From an uncultured Lachnospiraceae bacterium (GTDB taxonomy: Bacteria; Bacillota; Clostridia; Lachnospirales; Lachnospiraceae), in contig CAJTXN010000014.1 in the NCBI GenBank assembly GCA_910583605.1, positions 3,797-67,796 of the forward strand: 64,000 bases of DNA, given 5' to 3'. Below are positions 32,296 to 42,100 of the stretch, one piece after another. The position numbers were made by a program, and so were the translations under genes. The notes beneath the pieces are model-generated. The model was not told where the DNA came from. It was given only the letters and a program-made list of their open reading frames with translations, and did not search any database. Position 1 is the first letter of the stretch; every line of letters begins with the position of its first letter.

Positions 32296-34416
32296 GTGTC
32301 AGAAAAAATACAGAGGAAGCTGCGGCAGAGAATATTTATACCGGCTGCAGCGGTTGTGATGGCAGGAATCATAATTTTTTGTTACATGCCGATTTACGGG
32401 GCAGATACGGAAAGTGTGGTGACCATCATAAAAGACGGTCAGGTGACTGACAGTTTTTGCGGTGTGGCCGCAGAGTACATTACGACGCAAAGTGATACCG
32501 GGATATATTCCTGCGCCGGTTATGTTAAAAAATTTTATGCCACGGTTTTTGGTGTCAATGTTTATCAGATTAATAGCTATGACGGACCGCCACTGGTTTC
32601 CATGAGCGGACACAGCGTATCCTTAAAACAGGTCACTACGCCAAAACCGGGGGATATCATGCAGAATAAAGAAAGAACCCATGTGGCGGTGGTAAAGCAG
32701 GTATCGGGAACAAGGGCAACGCTGATAGAACAGAATTACAAATGGACCTCCGGCGGGAAAATTTATACCAGGGTGAACAGAGCCATTGACTGTCAGAGCG
32801 CTTATTTTTACAGGCTTGTGATAGACGGCAGGGAAGCTTCCGTAAACGGAAAAGAAGATTATGTTCCGGAAACCTATGAAATCTGGAGAGTAAAAGATGC
32901 TTCGGGAATCAATGTGAGAAGCGGCGCCGGAACATCCTATGGAACTCTGGGAACTTTGGGAAACGGTACAATTTTTTATGTCTACGGAAAAACCATTGCC
33001 GGCGGATTCACCTGGGGCAGGATTAATTATAACAATACAACCGGATATGTTGCATTAGAATATGCGGAGTATATGAGCGGAGTAATTACCAAAGATTCAA
33101 CTCCGCCGGTAATATCCGATATAGCGGTTACGGAAATAAATTCTACCGGATATACGGTTACCTGTAAAGTTACGGATGATGTAAAAGTGGACAGGGTGCA
33201 ATTCCCTACCTGGACCATTTTAAACGGACAGGATGATCTGTGTGGAGACTGGGATAAAAATGAGAAGGTTTCGGGAACCATGAGCGGGGACAGGGTAACA
33301 TTCCGTGTCAAAATATCCCAACACAACGGTGAAACGGGCAGATATGCTACGCATATCTATGCATATGACAGCAGCGGAAATATGTCAGGCTGTATGATTG
33401 AGCCTGTATATACGGGATTCGAAAATCTGGGTGATAAATTTTATGCTGCCATAAGCAGTTGTCAGAGAACGTATGTTACAAATGCTACGCAGAATGTGAC
33501 AGCAGCAACACTGAAAACTGCAGAAGCCGAATCTTTGAGACAGATATGGAAATTTACGCGACAGAAAGACGGCTCCTATAAAATCAACTCAGCTTTTGAC
33601 AAAAATGCCTTGTATGTAAAAGGCGCTTCCGGCACCAACGGAACCAATATTATTCCATATGCAGATAAACCGTCAAAAGGACAGAACTGGTATATCTATA
33701 AATATAACGGCAGGTATCGGTTTGGGGCCGCCTGCAGTGATTGCTGCATGACATTAAACGGCGGTTCCTCCGCTGACGGGACCAATATAAAAATGACGAC
33801 AGTCAACGGAGCATCCAGTCAGACATTTGATATAGAGATGATTCCTCAGAAGCCGGTCATTACTGCCGTGGAACCAACAGATTACAATAAAATGACAATT
33901 CGTTTTTCTCCATTAAATCATGTACACGGATACAAGATTTACAGACAGAACGGTTCTGACGGAACCTACCGCTGGATAGCCACCGTGAAATCTACAGAGG
34001 CTTCCGTTTATACGGATACCCATTGTACACCGGGACAGGAGTATTCTTATATAATCCGGGCATATACCAACATCAGCAGCAGTTATCAGCATAATTCGGC
34101 CTATTCTGACAGTGTCGGCGTTGTTACGCAACTGAAAGCAGCCGGATTTACATCTGCCGCTGCCGCTTCCGACCATGTATCACTGAAATGGACATCCGTA
34201 CCCGGGGCAACGGGATATGAGATATACAGAGGAACCGATAAAAACGGAAAGTATTACAAGGTGAAAACGGTAACACCCGGCACCCGGCACAGTTATACGG
34301 ATTCCGGCCTTAAGAAGGGCAAGAACTATTATTATAAAATAAGAGTATATCGGAAGGTAAACGGTATTAATGTATACAGCGACTATTCGGCTCCGATACA
34401 TGCAAAAACGAGATAA
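32296..34416 (+). CDS. Secreted multidomain cell-wall protein: CHAP-like, SH3, GBS Bsp-like, ricin-type and two FN3 domains
   Basis: Signal peptide; YSCAGY..HVAVV..IEQN; INVRSGAG; VQFPTWT..GQDD; QIW and QNW repeats; WTSVPGATGYEIYR. Start uncertain (GTG 32296). Confidence 0.8.
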   Translation: MSEKIQRKLRQRIFIPAAAVVMAGIIIFCYMPIYGADTESVVTIIKDGQVTDSFCGVAAEYITTQSDTGIYSCAGYVKKFYATVFGVNVYQINSYDGPPLVSMSGHSVSLKQVTTPKPGDIMQNKERTHVAVVKQVSGTRATLIEQNYKWTSGGKIYTRVNRAIDCQSAYFYRLVIDGREASVNGKEDYVPETYEIWRVKDASGINVRSGAGTSYGTLGTLGNGTIFYVYGKTIAGGFTWGRINYNNTTGYVALEYAEYMSGVITKDSTPPVISDIAVTEINSTGYTVTCKVTDDVKVDRVQFPTWTILNGQDDLCGDWDKNEKVSGTMSGDRVTFRVKISQHNGETGRYATHIYAYDSSGNMSGCMIEPVYTGFENLGDKFYAAISSCQRTYVTNATQNVTAATLKTAEAESLRQIWKFTRQKDGSYKINSAFDKNALYVKGASGTNGTNIIPYADKPSKGQNWYIYKYNGRYRFGAACSDCCMTLNGGSSADGTNIKMTTVNGASSQTFDIEMIPQKPVITAVEPTDYNKMTIRFSPLNHVHGYKIYRQNGSDGTYRWIATVKSTEASVYTDTHCTPGQEYSYIIRAYTNISSSYQHNSAYSDSVGVVTQLKAAGFTSAAAASDHVSLKWTSVPGATGYEIYRGTDKNGKYYKVKTVTPGTRHSYTDSGLKKGKNYYYKIRVYRKVNGINVYSDYSAPIHAKTR

Positions 34417-34460
34417 AAAAATGAACGGTGTTGACAAATCATCAATACCGTTCATTTTTT
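34415..34460. terminator. Bidirectional intrinsic terminator
   Basis: AAAAAATGAACGGTGTTGA / TCAATACCGTTCATTTTTT between convergent genes. Confidence 0.85.
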
Positions 34461-34461
34461 A

Positions 34462-35042
34462 TCATTTTGGAATCTGACGGCCTTCCGTGTTGATCGTGTA
34501 ATTGTCCCGAATAATAAGCTGTGAAATCGGAACGATTTCATACCCTTTCTCTCTCAGACCTTTTATAACGCTTTCCAGTGCATCCGCCGTATATTTTGCA
34601 CCATTATGCATTAAAATAATGGAGCCGTTTCCCAGGTGTTTATGATTCAGAACCGTATTGATAATGCTCTCCACACCATAGTTTTTCCAGTCCAGGCTAT
34701 CCACATCCCATTGAATCGGATAATAATTAATGGAGCGTGTAGTGGTTATCAGATTGTTATTGTAATCGCCGTAAGGAGGACGGAATAAAAACATATCGCT
34801 GCCGGTCAGAGCTTTTACTTTGTCATTTACGGATAAGATTTCCTGTTTACATTCATCTGCATTTAATTCACTCATTTTTTTGTGGTTTTCACTGTGGTTT
34901 CCAAGGTCGTGTCCGGCGGCGGCAATGGATTTTACGTCCTCCGGATATTTTTCTACCCATCCTCCGGTCATAAAAAATGTGACATGTACATTATTTCTTG
35001 CCAGGATTTCAAGAATTTTTGCCGTATCCTCGTTCCCCCATG
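34462..35042 (-). CDS. pdaB: Polysaccharide deacetylase (PdaB-like, CE4), 3' part of the split gene
   Basis: WGNEDT..TFFMTG..GNHSENH..FRPPYG..WDVDSLDW..ILMH; lacks motif 1 (SFD), which lies at about 42130. Confidence 0.88.
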
Positions 35043-35080
35043 GGGGCGGTAACTTGCGGCTTGGTTTCAACGGGTTTTCT

Positions 35081-35110
35081 GCATATTGGATAAGCAGTAT
35101 TTAATATGCT
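35081..35110 (+). promoter_or_regulatory. Possible sporulation-sigma promoter or operator for the outer recombinase operon
   Basis: GCATATT-N15-AATATGCT resembles sigmaE boxes and is also a 7-bp inverted repeat. Confidence 0.4.
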
Positions 35111-35147
35111 GTTATGAACAGCAGTCAGAAGCAGGAGGTGCAGAGAC

Positions 35148-35270
35148 ATGAAAAGGAAAAAGAAAGAAGCGGTATGCTATACGATAGAAAGAGAATTTCT
35201 GAAAAAAGTTGCAGACGGAGAGATGATAAAACGTATGATCCGTTCTCATGGGGAGGAAAAAAGAATATGA
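35148..35270 (+). CDS. 40-aa basic protein coupled to the outer recombinase; candidate directionality factor
   Basis: AGGAGGTG site; MKRKKKEAVCYTIEREFLKKVADGEMIKRMIRSHGEEKRI; its TGA overlaps the recombinase ATG (ATGA). Confidence 0.7.
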   Translation: MKRKKKEAVCYTIEREFLKKVADGEMIKRMIRSHGEEKRI

Positions 35271-35464
35271 AGGAACCAGTGCTCTACCATGTAGCAGGAT
35301 ATATCCGGCTTTCCAGAGAAGACGGAGATAAGGCGGAAAGCGACAGCATCATTAACCAGAAAAAATTGATTTCCGCCTATTTAAAGGAAAAGAAAGAGTT
35401 TCTTTTATACAATACATATGTTGATGATGGCTATTCGGGCACAAATTTTAATGAAGTCGGATAA
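35267..35464 (+). CDS. Large serine recombinase, N-terminal fragment of the split outer gene
   Basis: GGGAGG site; YIRLS catalytic serine motif, SIINQ, YVDDGYSGTNF, then a premature stop inside the inner element. Confidence 0.9.
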   Translation: MKEPVLYHVAGYIRLSREDGDKAESDSIINQKKLISAYLKEKKEFLLYNTYVDDGYSGTNFNEVG

Positions 35465-35499
35465 CGATACCACAAAAAAGATATCGTATCCGGATTCGA

Positions 35500-37101
35500 T
35501 TAACTGGATGGTTCCGTTAAATTATAAAATATCTCTATTTTTCGGGCGTTGGTAGATTTATCTGTTTCATAGATAAGAATACGGTCAATAAATTCGTGCA
35601 GAATTTCGTAAGTTAGTTCGTTTATGTACATAAGCTTTTTGACCGGTACGATAAACGGTGTTATATCCTGTTTCTGTTGGAAGCCGGTATTGATTTCCAT
35701 GTCCAGGGCGGTTTTCCGGTCAGACAGTTTCTTTTTTTCTTCTTCATATCCGGAGGCCATCAGGGAAAAACGTTCCTCTGATAATTTACCTAATGCATTG
35801 TCTTCATATAGTCTGCAGAAAATGGTATCAATTTCCGAAAGGCGTTTTTGGATTTTGTTCCGTTCGCTTTCCTGCTCCATCAGGGATTTTTTATATTGCA
35901 TACTGCCGAATTCCACGGCTTTGTGTATAAAAATCTCTTCCTGTTCTCTAAGGCGGGACAGGATCCTCTGTAAGTCCGCAAGTACAAGTTCCGTGATTAC
36001 GGATTTGCGTATGTAGTGGGTAGAACAGGTGCAGCCGCTTTTATGGCGGCTGCGGTAATTGCCGCAGGTATAGGCATATTTTTCAGGGGGTATATTTACG
36101 CCTTGTTGAATATACATTTTATATCCGCAATCGCCGCAGAACAGAAGACCGGAAAATATATCGATTTCTTTTAATTTTGTGGGGCGGTGACGGGTGGCCA
36201 GCCGTTTTTGCGCCAGTTCGAATGTATTTCTGTCAATCAGAGGTTCGTGTGTATCAGGAAAAAAGTATTTCTTATCCTCCGGATTTTTTTTTGTCTGCTT
36301 TGATTTATAGGATACTTTATATGTTTTTCCGGTTATGGTGTGTCCAAGATATTCCTGTCTTGACAGAATGTCATAAAGGGTTTTATCCGGCCATGCATAA
36401 GGCATGGAAAGGGAAGAGAGGTATCTGGTCTGTCCGGTGCGTTTATAACGTAAAGCCCCTGCCGTCAGGATATTATGCTGGGCAAGCCATTCCTGTATGG
36501 TGCGGACAGGCTCGCCGCTGACATACATGGAAAAAATCTGTTTGACTACAAAGGCGGTTTCCGGGTCCGGAATCAGATGATTTTTATCCTTCGGGTCTAT
36601 AAGATAGCCGTACGGACATTCCCCGTTGACCCGTTCTCCTTTCTGGGCCTGAGCCTGTTTCACGGCCCGTATTTTCCTGCTGGTATCTCTGGCATAAAAT
36701 TCATTAAACCAGTTTCTTAACGGCGTAAATTCGTTTTCACCGTTTGCGGTATCTACGCCGTCATTAATTGCAATATAGCGTACTCCATGTTCCGGAAAAA
36801 TGACTTCCAGCAGTTCTCCGGTTTTCAGATAGTTTCTTCCCAGACGGGACAGATCTTTTGTGATGACTACTGCAACGCGTCCGGCTTCCACCTCATGAAG
36901 CATGGCCTGCAGTCCCCGGCGTTCAAAGCTGACACCGGAAACGCCGTCATCAATAAAAAATCTGGTATTTGTAAAATTGTGTTCTCTGGCATATTTTTGC
37001 AGGATCATCCTTTGATGCTGGATACTGCCGGATTCTCCGGCCTGCAGGTCTTCCTGGCTCAGCCGGCAGTAAAGGGCGGTTATTTTATCGGAATGCTGCA
37101 T
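35500..37101 (-). CDS. Intact large serine recombinase (TnpX-like) with zinc ribbon and coiled coil
   Basis: YCRLS, DDGVSG, KDLSRLGRN, PYGY, CGDCG..C..H; GGAGG site. Confidence 0.93.
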   Translation of the reverse strand: MQHSDKITALYCRLSQEDLQAGESGSIQHQRMILQKYAREHNFTNTRFFIDDGVSGVSFERRGLQAMLHEVEAGRVAVVITKDLSRLGRNYLKTGELLEVIFPEHGVRYIAINDGVDTANGENEFTPLRNWFNEFYARDTSRKIRAVKQAQAQKGERVNGECPYGYLIDPKDKNHLIPDPETAFVVKQIFSMYVSGEPVRTIQEWLAQHNILTAGALRYKRTGQTRYLSSLSMPYAWPDKTLYDILSRQEYLGHTITGKTYKVSYKSKQTKKNPEDKKYFFPDTHEPLIDRNTFELAQKRLATRHRPTKLKEIDIFSGLLFCGDCGYKMYIQQGVNIPPEKYAYTCGNYRSRHKSGCTCSTHYIRKSVITELVLADLQRILSRLREQEEIFIHKAVEFGSMQYKKSLMEQESERNKIQKRLSEIDTIFCRLYEDNALGKLSEERFSLMASGYEEEKKKLSDRKTALDMEINTGFQQKQDITPFIVPVKKLMYINELTYEILHEFIDRILIYETDKSTNARKIEIFYNLTEPSS

Positions 37102-37110
37102 AAATACCTC

Positions 37111-37281
37111 CTATTCTGCAGAAAACAGCTGTTTATCAGCGGTTTCCCGTATCTCTTTTTTAATCAGTCTTTCTATTTTTTTTTCAAGAGTTTCCGTTTT
37201 ACGGGTTCCGGCAGCGGAAAATACATGATAGGTTGTACGGCCAATCTTATGTATGGAAGTGGTTTGAATGGTCTGATTCAT
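37111..37281 (-). CDS. TnpW-like small protein, 56 aa
   Basis: AAGGAG site; KIGRTTYHV..ETLEKKIERLI resembles transposon-encoded TnpW; its stop overlaps the recombinase ribosome-binding site. Confidence 0.75.
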   Translation of the reverse strand: MNQTIQTTSIHKIGRTTYHVFSAAGTRKTETLEKKIERLIKKEIRETADKQLFSAE

Positions 37282-37367
37282 TTTACGGCTCCTTAAATAT
37301 TGTCCGATTCAATATTATTTATATGGATATGCGGGATTGTCCTATTACATCAAAAGTATTAGGAATA

Positions 37368-37396
37368 TTGACACAAGCCCTTGGGATTGTTAAAAT
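37368..37396 (+). promoter_or_regulatory. sigmaA-type promoter of the hybrid kinase gene
   Basis: TTGACA-N17-TAAAAT. Confidence 0.7.
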
Positions 37397-37455
37397 AGGA
37401 TATAGTGATTATTATTGTTAGATAAATATTTGCGAACCACAGGGAGGAAATAGGT

Positions 37456-40400
37456 ATGTATCATTGCCATATTCAATTTTATTTATCCGGCCATCCGTGC
37501 AGAGTGTCTGATATTATAAAAGAAATATTACCGCTTGAACATTTTACACATGGATTTCTGGAGAGTGACAAACCAGAAGAAGCACTGGCTGCCGAGGCAG
37601 ATGTGATTCTGGCTGATTTACAGGATATGGATGTAAAGGAAGCATTACAAACACTGACGGCAAATAAAAAGAAAGATGCAGAAATGATTCTGCTTGCAGA
37701 CAAGGAACAGATAATGCTTCTGGCAGATAATTTATCGGATATCAAAGATATATGGACGCTGCCTATGTCTGATGAAGAAATAAAATTCCGTTTCCAGAGG
37801 TGGCAGCAGACATATAAAATGAGTAAAGATTTCTGGCAGACCAGCCAGTATTTAGAGGCTACCATTAACAATATTCCCAACCTTATCTGGTATAAAGACA
37901 AAGAAGGCATACATAAAAAGGTGAATAACAGTTTCTGCAGAACGGTGAATAAAACCAAGCAGCAGGTAGAAGGGCGGGACCATTGTTATATCTGGGACGT
38001 TGACCCCGATGATCCGGAGATGGACGGCTATGCCTGTATGGAATCGGAACTTGAGGTGATCAATAAAAAAAGAACCTGCATATCCGAGGAAGTAATTAAA
38101 ACGGGAGACGGTATCCGGCTGCTTACTACATATAAATCTCCGCTGTATGATTTTGACGGCAGTGTAATGGGAACCGTGGGTGTTGCCATTGATATAACAC
38201 AGGAACGGGCCTATGAAGAGGAAATCATGACAAAAAATCATACGCTGGAGACTCTTTTCACCACAATGGATTGCGGAGTCATGTGTCATACGGTAGATGG
38301 CTCCCGAATTATCAGCATAAACAGGGCCGCATTGAAAATTCTGGGTTATAAATCCCAGGAAGAACTGATGGCAACGGGATTTAATATGATAGCACCGTCG
38401 GTTGTGGAAGAGGACAGAGAGAGACTACGGGAATGTATCAGAACCCTGAAAAAAGAGGGGGACAGTGTCAGTGTGGAATACCGTGTAGAGCACAAAAGCG
38501 GGGAAATACTGTATATCGTAGGAAACATTAAACTTTTAAAGGAGAATGGGGAATTTTTCTACCAGCGTTTTCTTTTGGATTGTACCACACAGAAGCTGCA
38601 GGAGAAAAAGAAACAAAAAGAAAAAGAGAAGCGGCAGATGGAACTGGTTCATGCGCTGAGTATCGATTTTAACCTGGTGTGTTTCTTTGATCTTGAAACG
38701 GGTAAGGGCAGTACGCTGAAAATGGATGACAGGTATGCCCAGATTCTGAATTCTGCGTTTACCGGCGAAATATCATTGCAGGAGAGCATGGAACATTATA
38801 TACAGACTTTTGTCTATAAAGAAGACAGGGAAATGATGAGACAGGCCTGTTCAGCAAAACATCTGAAGAGCGAACTGTCAGAAAAGAATTTGTATTATGT
38901 CAGTTATCGATTATACAGGGACAACGAGATGCAATATTTTCAAATGAAAGCAGTGCGTCCGGGGGCATGGGATGAAAGTCAGGGAATTGTCATAGGATTC
39001 CGAAGTGTAGATGAAGAAACACGTAATGAAATGGAGAAAAAAAGTCTGTTGGAGGAAGCGCTTTTACAGGCAAATAAGGCAAATAAGGCGAAAAGCGTAT
39101 TTCTTTCGAATATGTCACATGATATCCGTACGCCGATGAATGCAATTGTAGGCTTTACGTCTCTGGCGATTACTCATATTGGGCACAGGGAACAGGTAGA
39201 AGAGTATCTGAAAAAGATCATGTCATCCGGGAATCATTTGCTGAGTCTGATCAATGACGTTCTGGATATGAGCCGTATTGAAAGCGGCAAAATGCAGCTG
39301 GAGGAAAAACCATGCAGCCTGCCGGAAATTCTTAATGATCTGCGAAATATTCTGCAGGCGGATGTCAATGCCAAAAAGATTAAACTGAATATTGAAGCTG
39401 TCAGGCTGGAGCATGAAGAAATATATTGTGACAAGCTGCGTCTGAATCAGGTATTTCTGAATCTGCTGAGCAATGCCGTGAAGTATACCAATGCAGGAGG
39501 CAGCGTCAGTCTGGGAATTTTGGAAAAGCCGGGACTGTCAGAGAACTGTGCGGAATACGAATTTAGTATCAAAGACACCGGTATAGGCATGAGCGAGGAT
39601 TTTGTATCACATATTTTTGAACCATTTGAGAGAGAAAGGAATTCTACCATCAGCAGAATTCAGGGAACCGGACTTGGCATGGCGATTACAAAGAACATCG
39701 TGGATATGATGCACGGTTCCATCGAGGTAAAGAGTGAGCAGGGGAAAGGTACGGAAGTCAGGGTATCTTTTATCTTTCATCTTGCTTTCGGAAAAAAACT
39801 GCAGGCAATTCCGGAATTTAAAAACTGCAGGGCTTTGGTGGCAGACGGGAATATTAACAACTGCAACACAATAGCTGCTATGCTGACCCGTCTTGGTATG
39901 CGGGCGGAACAGGCGTTATCAGGGGATGAGGCAGTGCAGAAAACCCGGCGGGCCGCACAGGATAATGATGTTTATGGAGTATATGTCATTGACTGGCAGA
40001 TAATAGATATGACTAATTTGGAACTTATACAGAAGCTCAGAAAAGAAACAGGAGAAATGGCCGTGATCATTGCCATGGCGGCAAATGACTGGTCTGAGGC
40101 TGAGGAGGAAGCAAAAGCTGCAGGTGTTACGGCATTCTGCAATAAGCCGCTGTTTTTTTCGGAATTATGGAACTGTTTAAGTAAAATGGCAGGTAACAGT
40201 GAGACAGACCCTGCTAAAAGAAACAGGGAATCGGTAAAACTGGGTACAGGGCATATTCTGCTGGCAGAAGATATCGATCTGAATCAGGAAATTGCCGTGG
40301 CTATATTAGGGGAGGCAGGATTTTCCGTGGATGTTGCGGAGAACGGGCAGATTGCCGTGGATATGATCAAAGAATCCCAACCGGGATACTATCAGCTTGT

Positions 40401-40623
40401 ACTTATGGATATCCAAATGCCGGTGATGAACGGCTATGAAGCAACCAGGAAAATCCGTAAGCTGGAGAATCCGGAATTATCTTCAATTCCGATTTTAGCC
40501 ATGTCAGCCAATGCTTTTGAGGAAGATAAGCGGGAAGCCATGCGCTGCGGAATGAACGGTCATATATCAAAGCCTATTGATGTGGATAATTTACTGGAGA
40601 CTTTAAATGAAATATTAAGTTAA
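37456..40623 (+). CDS. Soluble PAS-domain hybrid sensor histidine kinase with two receiver domains
   Basis: PAS/PAC segments, H-box FLSNMSHDIRTPMN, NLLSNAVKYT, DTGIGM, GTGLG, receiver motifs VIDWQI and LMDIQMP; no clear TM helix. Confidence 0.93.
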   Translation: MYHCHIQFYLSGHPCRVSDIIKEILPLEHFTHGFLESDKPEEALAAEADVILADLQDMDVKEALQTLTANKKKDAEMILLADKEQIMLLADNLSDIKDIWTLPMSDEEIKFRFQRWQQTYKMSKDFWQTSQYLEATINNIPNLIWYKDKEGIHKKVNNSFCRTVNKTKQQVEGRDHCYIWDVDPDDPEMDGYACMESELEVINKKRTCISEEVIKTGDGIRLLTTYKSPLYDFDGSVMGTVGVAIDITQERAYEEEIMTKNHTLETLFTTMDCGVMCHTVDGSRIISINRAALKILGYKSQEELMATGFNMIAPSVVEEDRERLRECIRTLKKEGDSVSVEYRVEHKSGEILYIVGNIKLLKENGEFFYQRFLLDCTTQKLQEKKKQKEKEKRQMELVHALSIDFNLVCFFDLETGKGSTLKMDDRYAQILNSAFTGEISLQESMEHYIQTFVYKEDREMMRQACSAKHLKSELSEKNLYYVSYRLYRDNEMQYFQMKAVRPGAWDESQGIVIGFRSVDEETRNEMEKKSLLEEALLQANKANKAKSVFLSNMSHDIRTPMNAIVGFTSLAITHIGHREQVEEYLKKIMSSGNHLLSLINDVLDMSRIESGKMQLEEKPCSLPEILNDLRNILQADVNAKKIKLNIEAVRLEHEEIYCDKLRLNQVFLNLLSNAVKYTNAGGSVSLGILEKPGLSENCAEYEFSIKDTGIGMSEDFVSHIFEPFERERNSTISRIQGTGLGMAITKNIVDMMHGSIEVKSEQGKGTEVRVSFIFHLAFGKKLQAIPEFKNCRALVADGNINNCNTIAAMLTRLGMRAEQALSGDEAVQKTRRAAQDNDVYGVYVIDWQIIDMTNLELIQKLRKETGEMAVIIAMAANDWSEAEEEAKAAGVTAFCNKPLFFSELWNCLSKMAGNSETDPAKRNRESVKLGTGHILLAEDIDLNQEIAVAILGEAGFSVDVAENGQIAVDMIKESQPGYYQLVLMDIQMPVMNGYEATRKIRKLENPELSSIPILAMSANAFEEDKREAMRCGMNGHISKPIDVDNLLETLNEILS

Positions 40624-40656
40624 TCGTATCTGGTTACGCTATCTTACTTCATTATT

Positions 40657-42073
40657 CGACCGCCCGGCATTTAAAGCCATGATTTCGGATATAGAGGATA
40701 AAAGGATAAACTGCGTGATTGTAAAAGATTTATCCAGATTCGGTCGTGATTATATTGATACCGGAAAATATCTGGAGCGATATTTTCCGGAGCATGATGT
40801 TAGATTTATTTCCATTATGGATAATATTGACAGTAAACTTCATACATATGATATGCTGGTACCAATAAAAAATATTTTTAACGAGCAGTATGCCCGGGAT
40901 ATTTCCGGAAAAGTTCATGCTTCCATAGAAACCAAGCAGAGGGCAGGAGAATTTATCGGTGCCTTTGCTTCCTATGGATATAAAAAATCACCGGCGGATA
41001 AAAATAAGCTGATGATTGATGCATATGCAGCGGAAGTGGTCAGGAATGTTTTTCAACTGTATATCAGCGGATACGGAAAAGTCCGCATTGCCGGTCTGTT
41101 AAATGAGCAGGGGATTCCCTGCCCGTCGGAATATAAGAAAATAAACGGTGAGAATTATAAAAACGGCAATCGTCTGGAAAGCACTTCCTACTGGACCTAT
41201 TCTACCATTGACCGTATGCTGCGGAATCAAATGTATATCGGCAACATGGTGCAGGGAAAAAAAATCCGCCGGCTGAAAGGCAAAGCCCGGATCAGAAGAG
41301 AAGAAGACTGGATTGTGGTTAAAAATACCCATCCGGCCATTATTGATGAAGAAACATGGAAGAAAGCCGGAGAGATGTTAAAGCGCAGGACACGGACGCT
41401 TGATTTTGGCAGCAATGAAAATATTTTTGCGGGTTTTCTGAGATGTGGGGATTGCGGCAGAGCATTGGTGAAAAAGGAAAGCACCAATAAGGAAGTCCGG
41501 TATTATTGCGGAACCTATGTTCGCTCAGGAAGGCAATTCTGTACCACTCATGCTATCCCATGTTATGTTTTGGAAAAAATCATTTTGGAGGATTTGAACA
41601 CGATGATACGGCGCATGGGAAATCTTTCCGAAGTGGTTGAACAGAGCATGACGGCCGGAACGGACCGACAGACTGAGGACAGCGAAGAAAACCGGTTCCG
41701 GACAGAACTGGAAAGAGTGAGGAAGCTGAAAAAAGCTGTTTATGAAGACTATCGGAGCGATTTGATTTCCAGGGAAGAGTTTATTTCATACCGTCAGGAA
41801 TATCAGAAGAAAGAAGAACTGCTGATAAAACAGACAGAGGCTGCAGAGAACGCCGGGAACTCCGGCAGGAACCGGAATATTATGGAAAATCCCTGGGTCA
41901 GGCGTCTGTTGGAACTTGGAAGCATTGAACGATTAGACAGGAATATTGTGACGGAAATGGTGCATGAAATTAAAATTTATGAAAACCATACAATAAAAAT
42001 CATATATAATTTTTCCGATGAACAGCAGCATTTGTTTAAAACGGTATGCTGGGATAACAATGAAAACGGCTGA
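40657..42073 (+). CDS. Large serine recombinase, C-terminal part of the split outer gene
   Basis: DRPAFKAMISDIE..KDLSRFGRD..YGY..CGDCG; lacks the catalytic serine motif. Confidence 0.9.
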
Positions 42074-42095
42074 TGTTGATACATCAGCCGTTTTT
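42063..42095. terminator. Bidirectional terminator just inside the right end of the outer element
   Basis: 14-bp perfect stem AAAACGGCTGATGT / ACATCAGCCGTTTT. Confidence 0.85.
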
Positions 42096-42100
42096 ATGAT

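Larger units (their letters stand above)
35447..40656. mobile_element. Inner tnpW/tnpX-like serine-recombinase element (5208 bp) interrupting the outer recombinase gene
   Basis: TT core at 35447-35448 and 40655-40656; inverted repeats 35449-35472 / 40631-40654 match at 19 of 24; excision restores GTNF-DRPAF. Confidence 0.92.

Noticed and set aside
35043..35070. TTG start giving a stand-alone 202-aa deacetylase
   Set aside because: These codons come from the element end, there is no ribosome-binding site, and the product would lack catalytic motif 1.
35114..35266. N-terminal extension of the 116-aa ORF in the track
   Set aside because: Recombinase similarity begins at ATG 35267, which has its own GGGAGG; the upstream part is better explained by the 40-aa ORF in another frame.
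40679..42073. Independent 464-aa recombinase
   Set aside because: No catalytic serine motif and no ribosome-binding site; similarity continues upstream to the att core.
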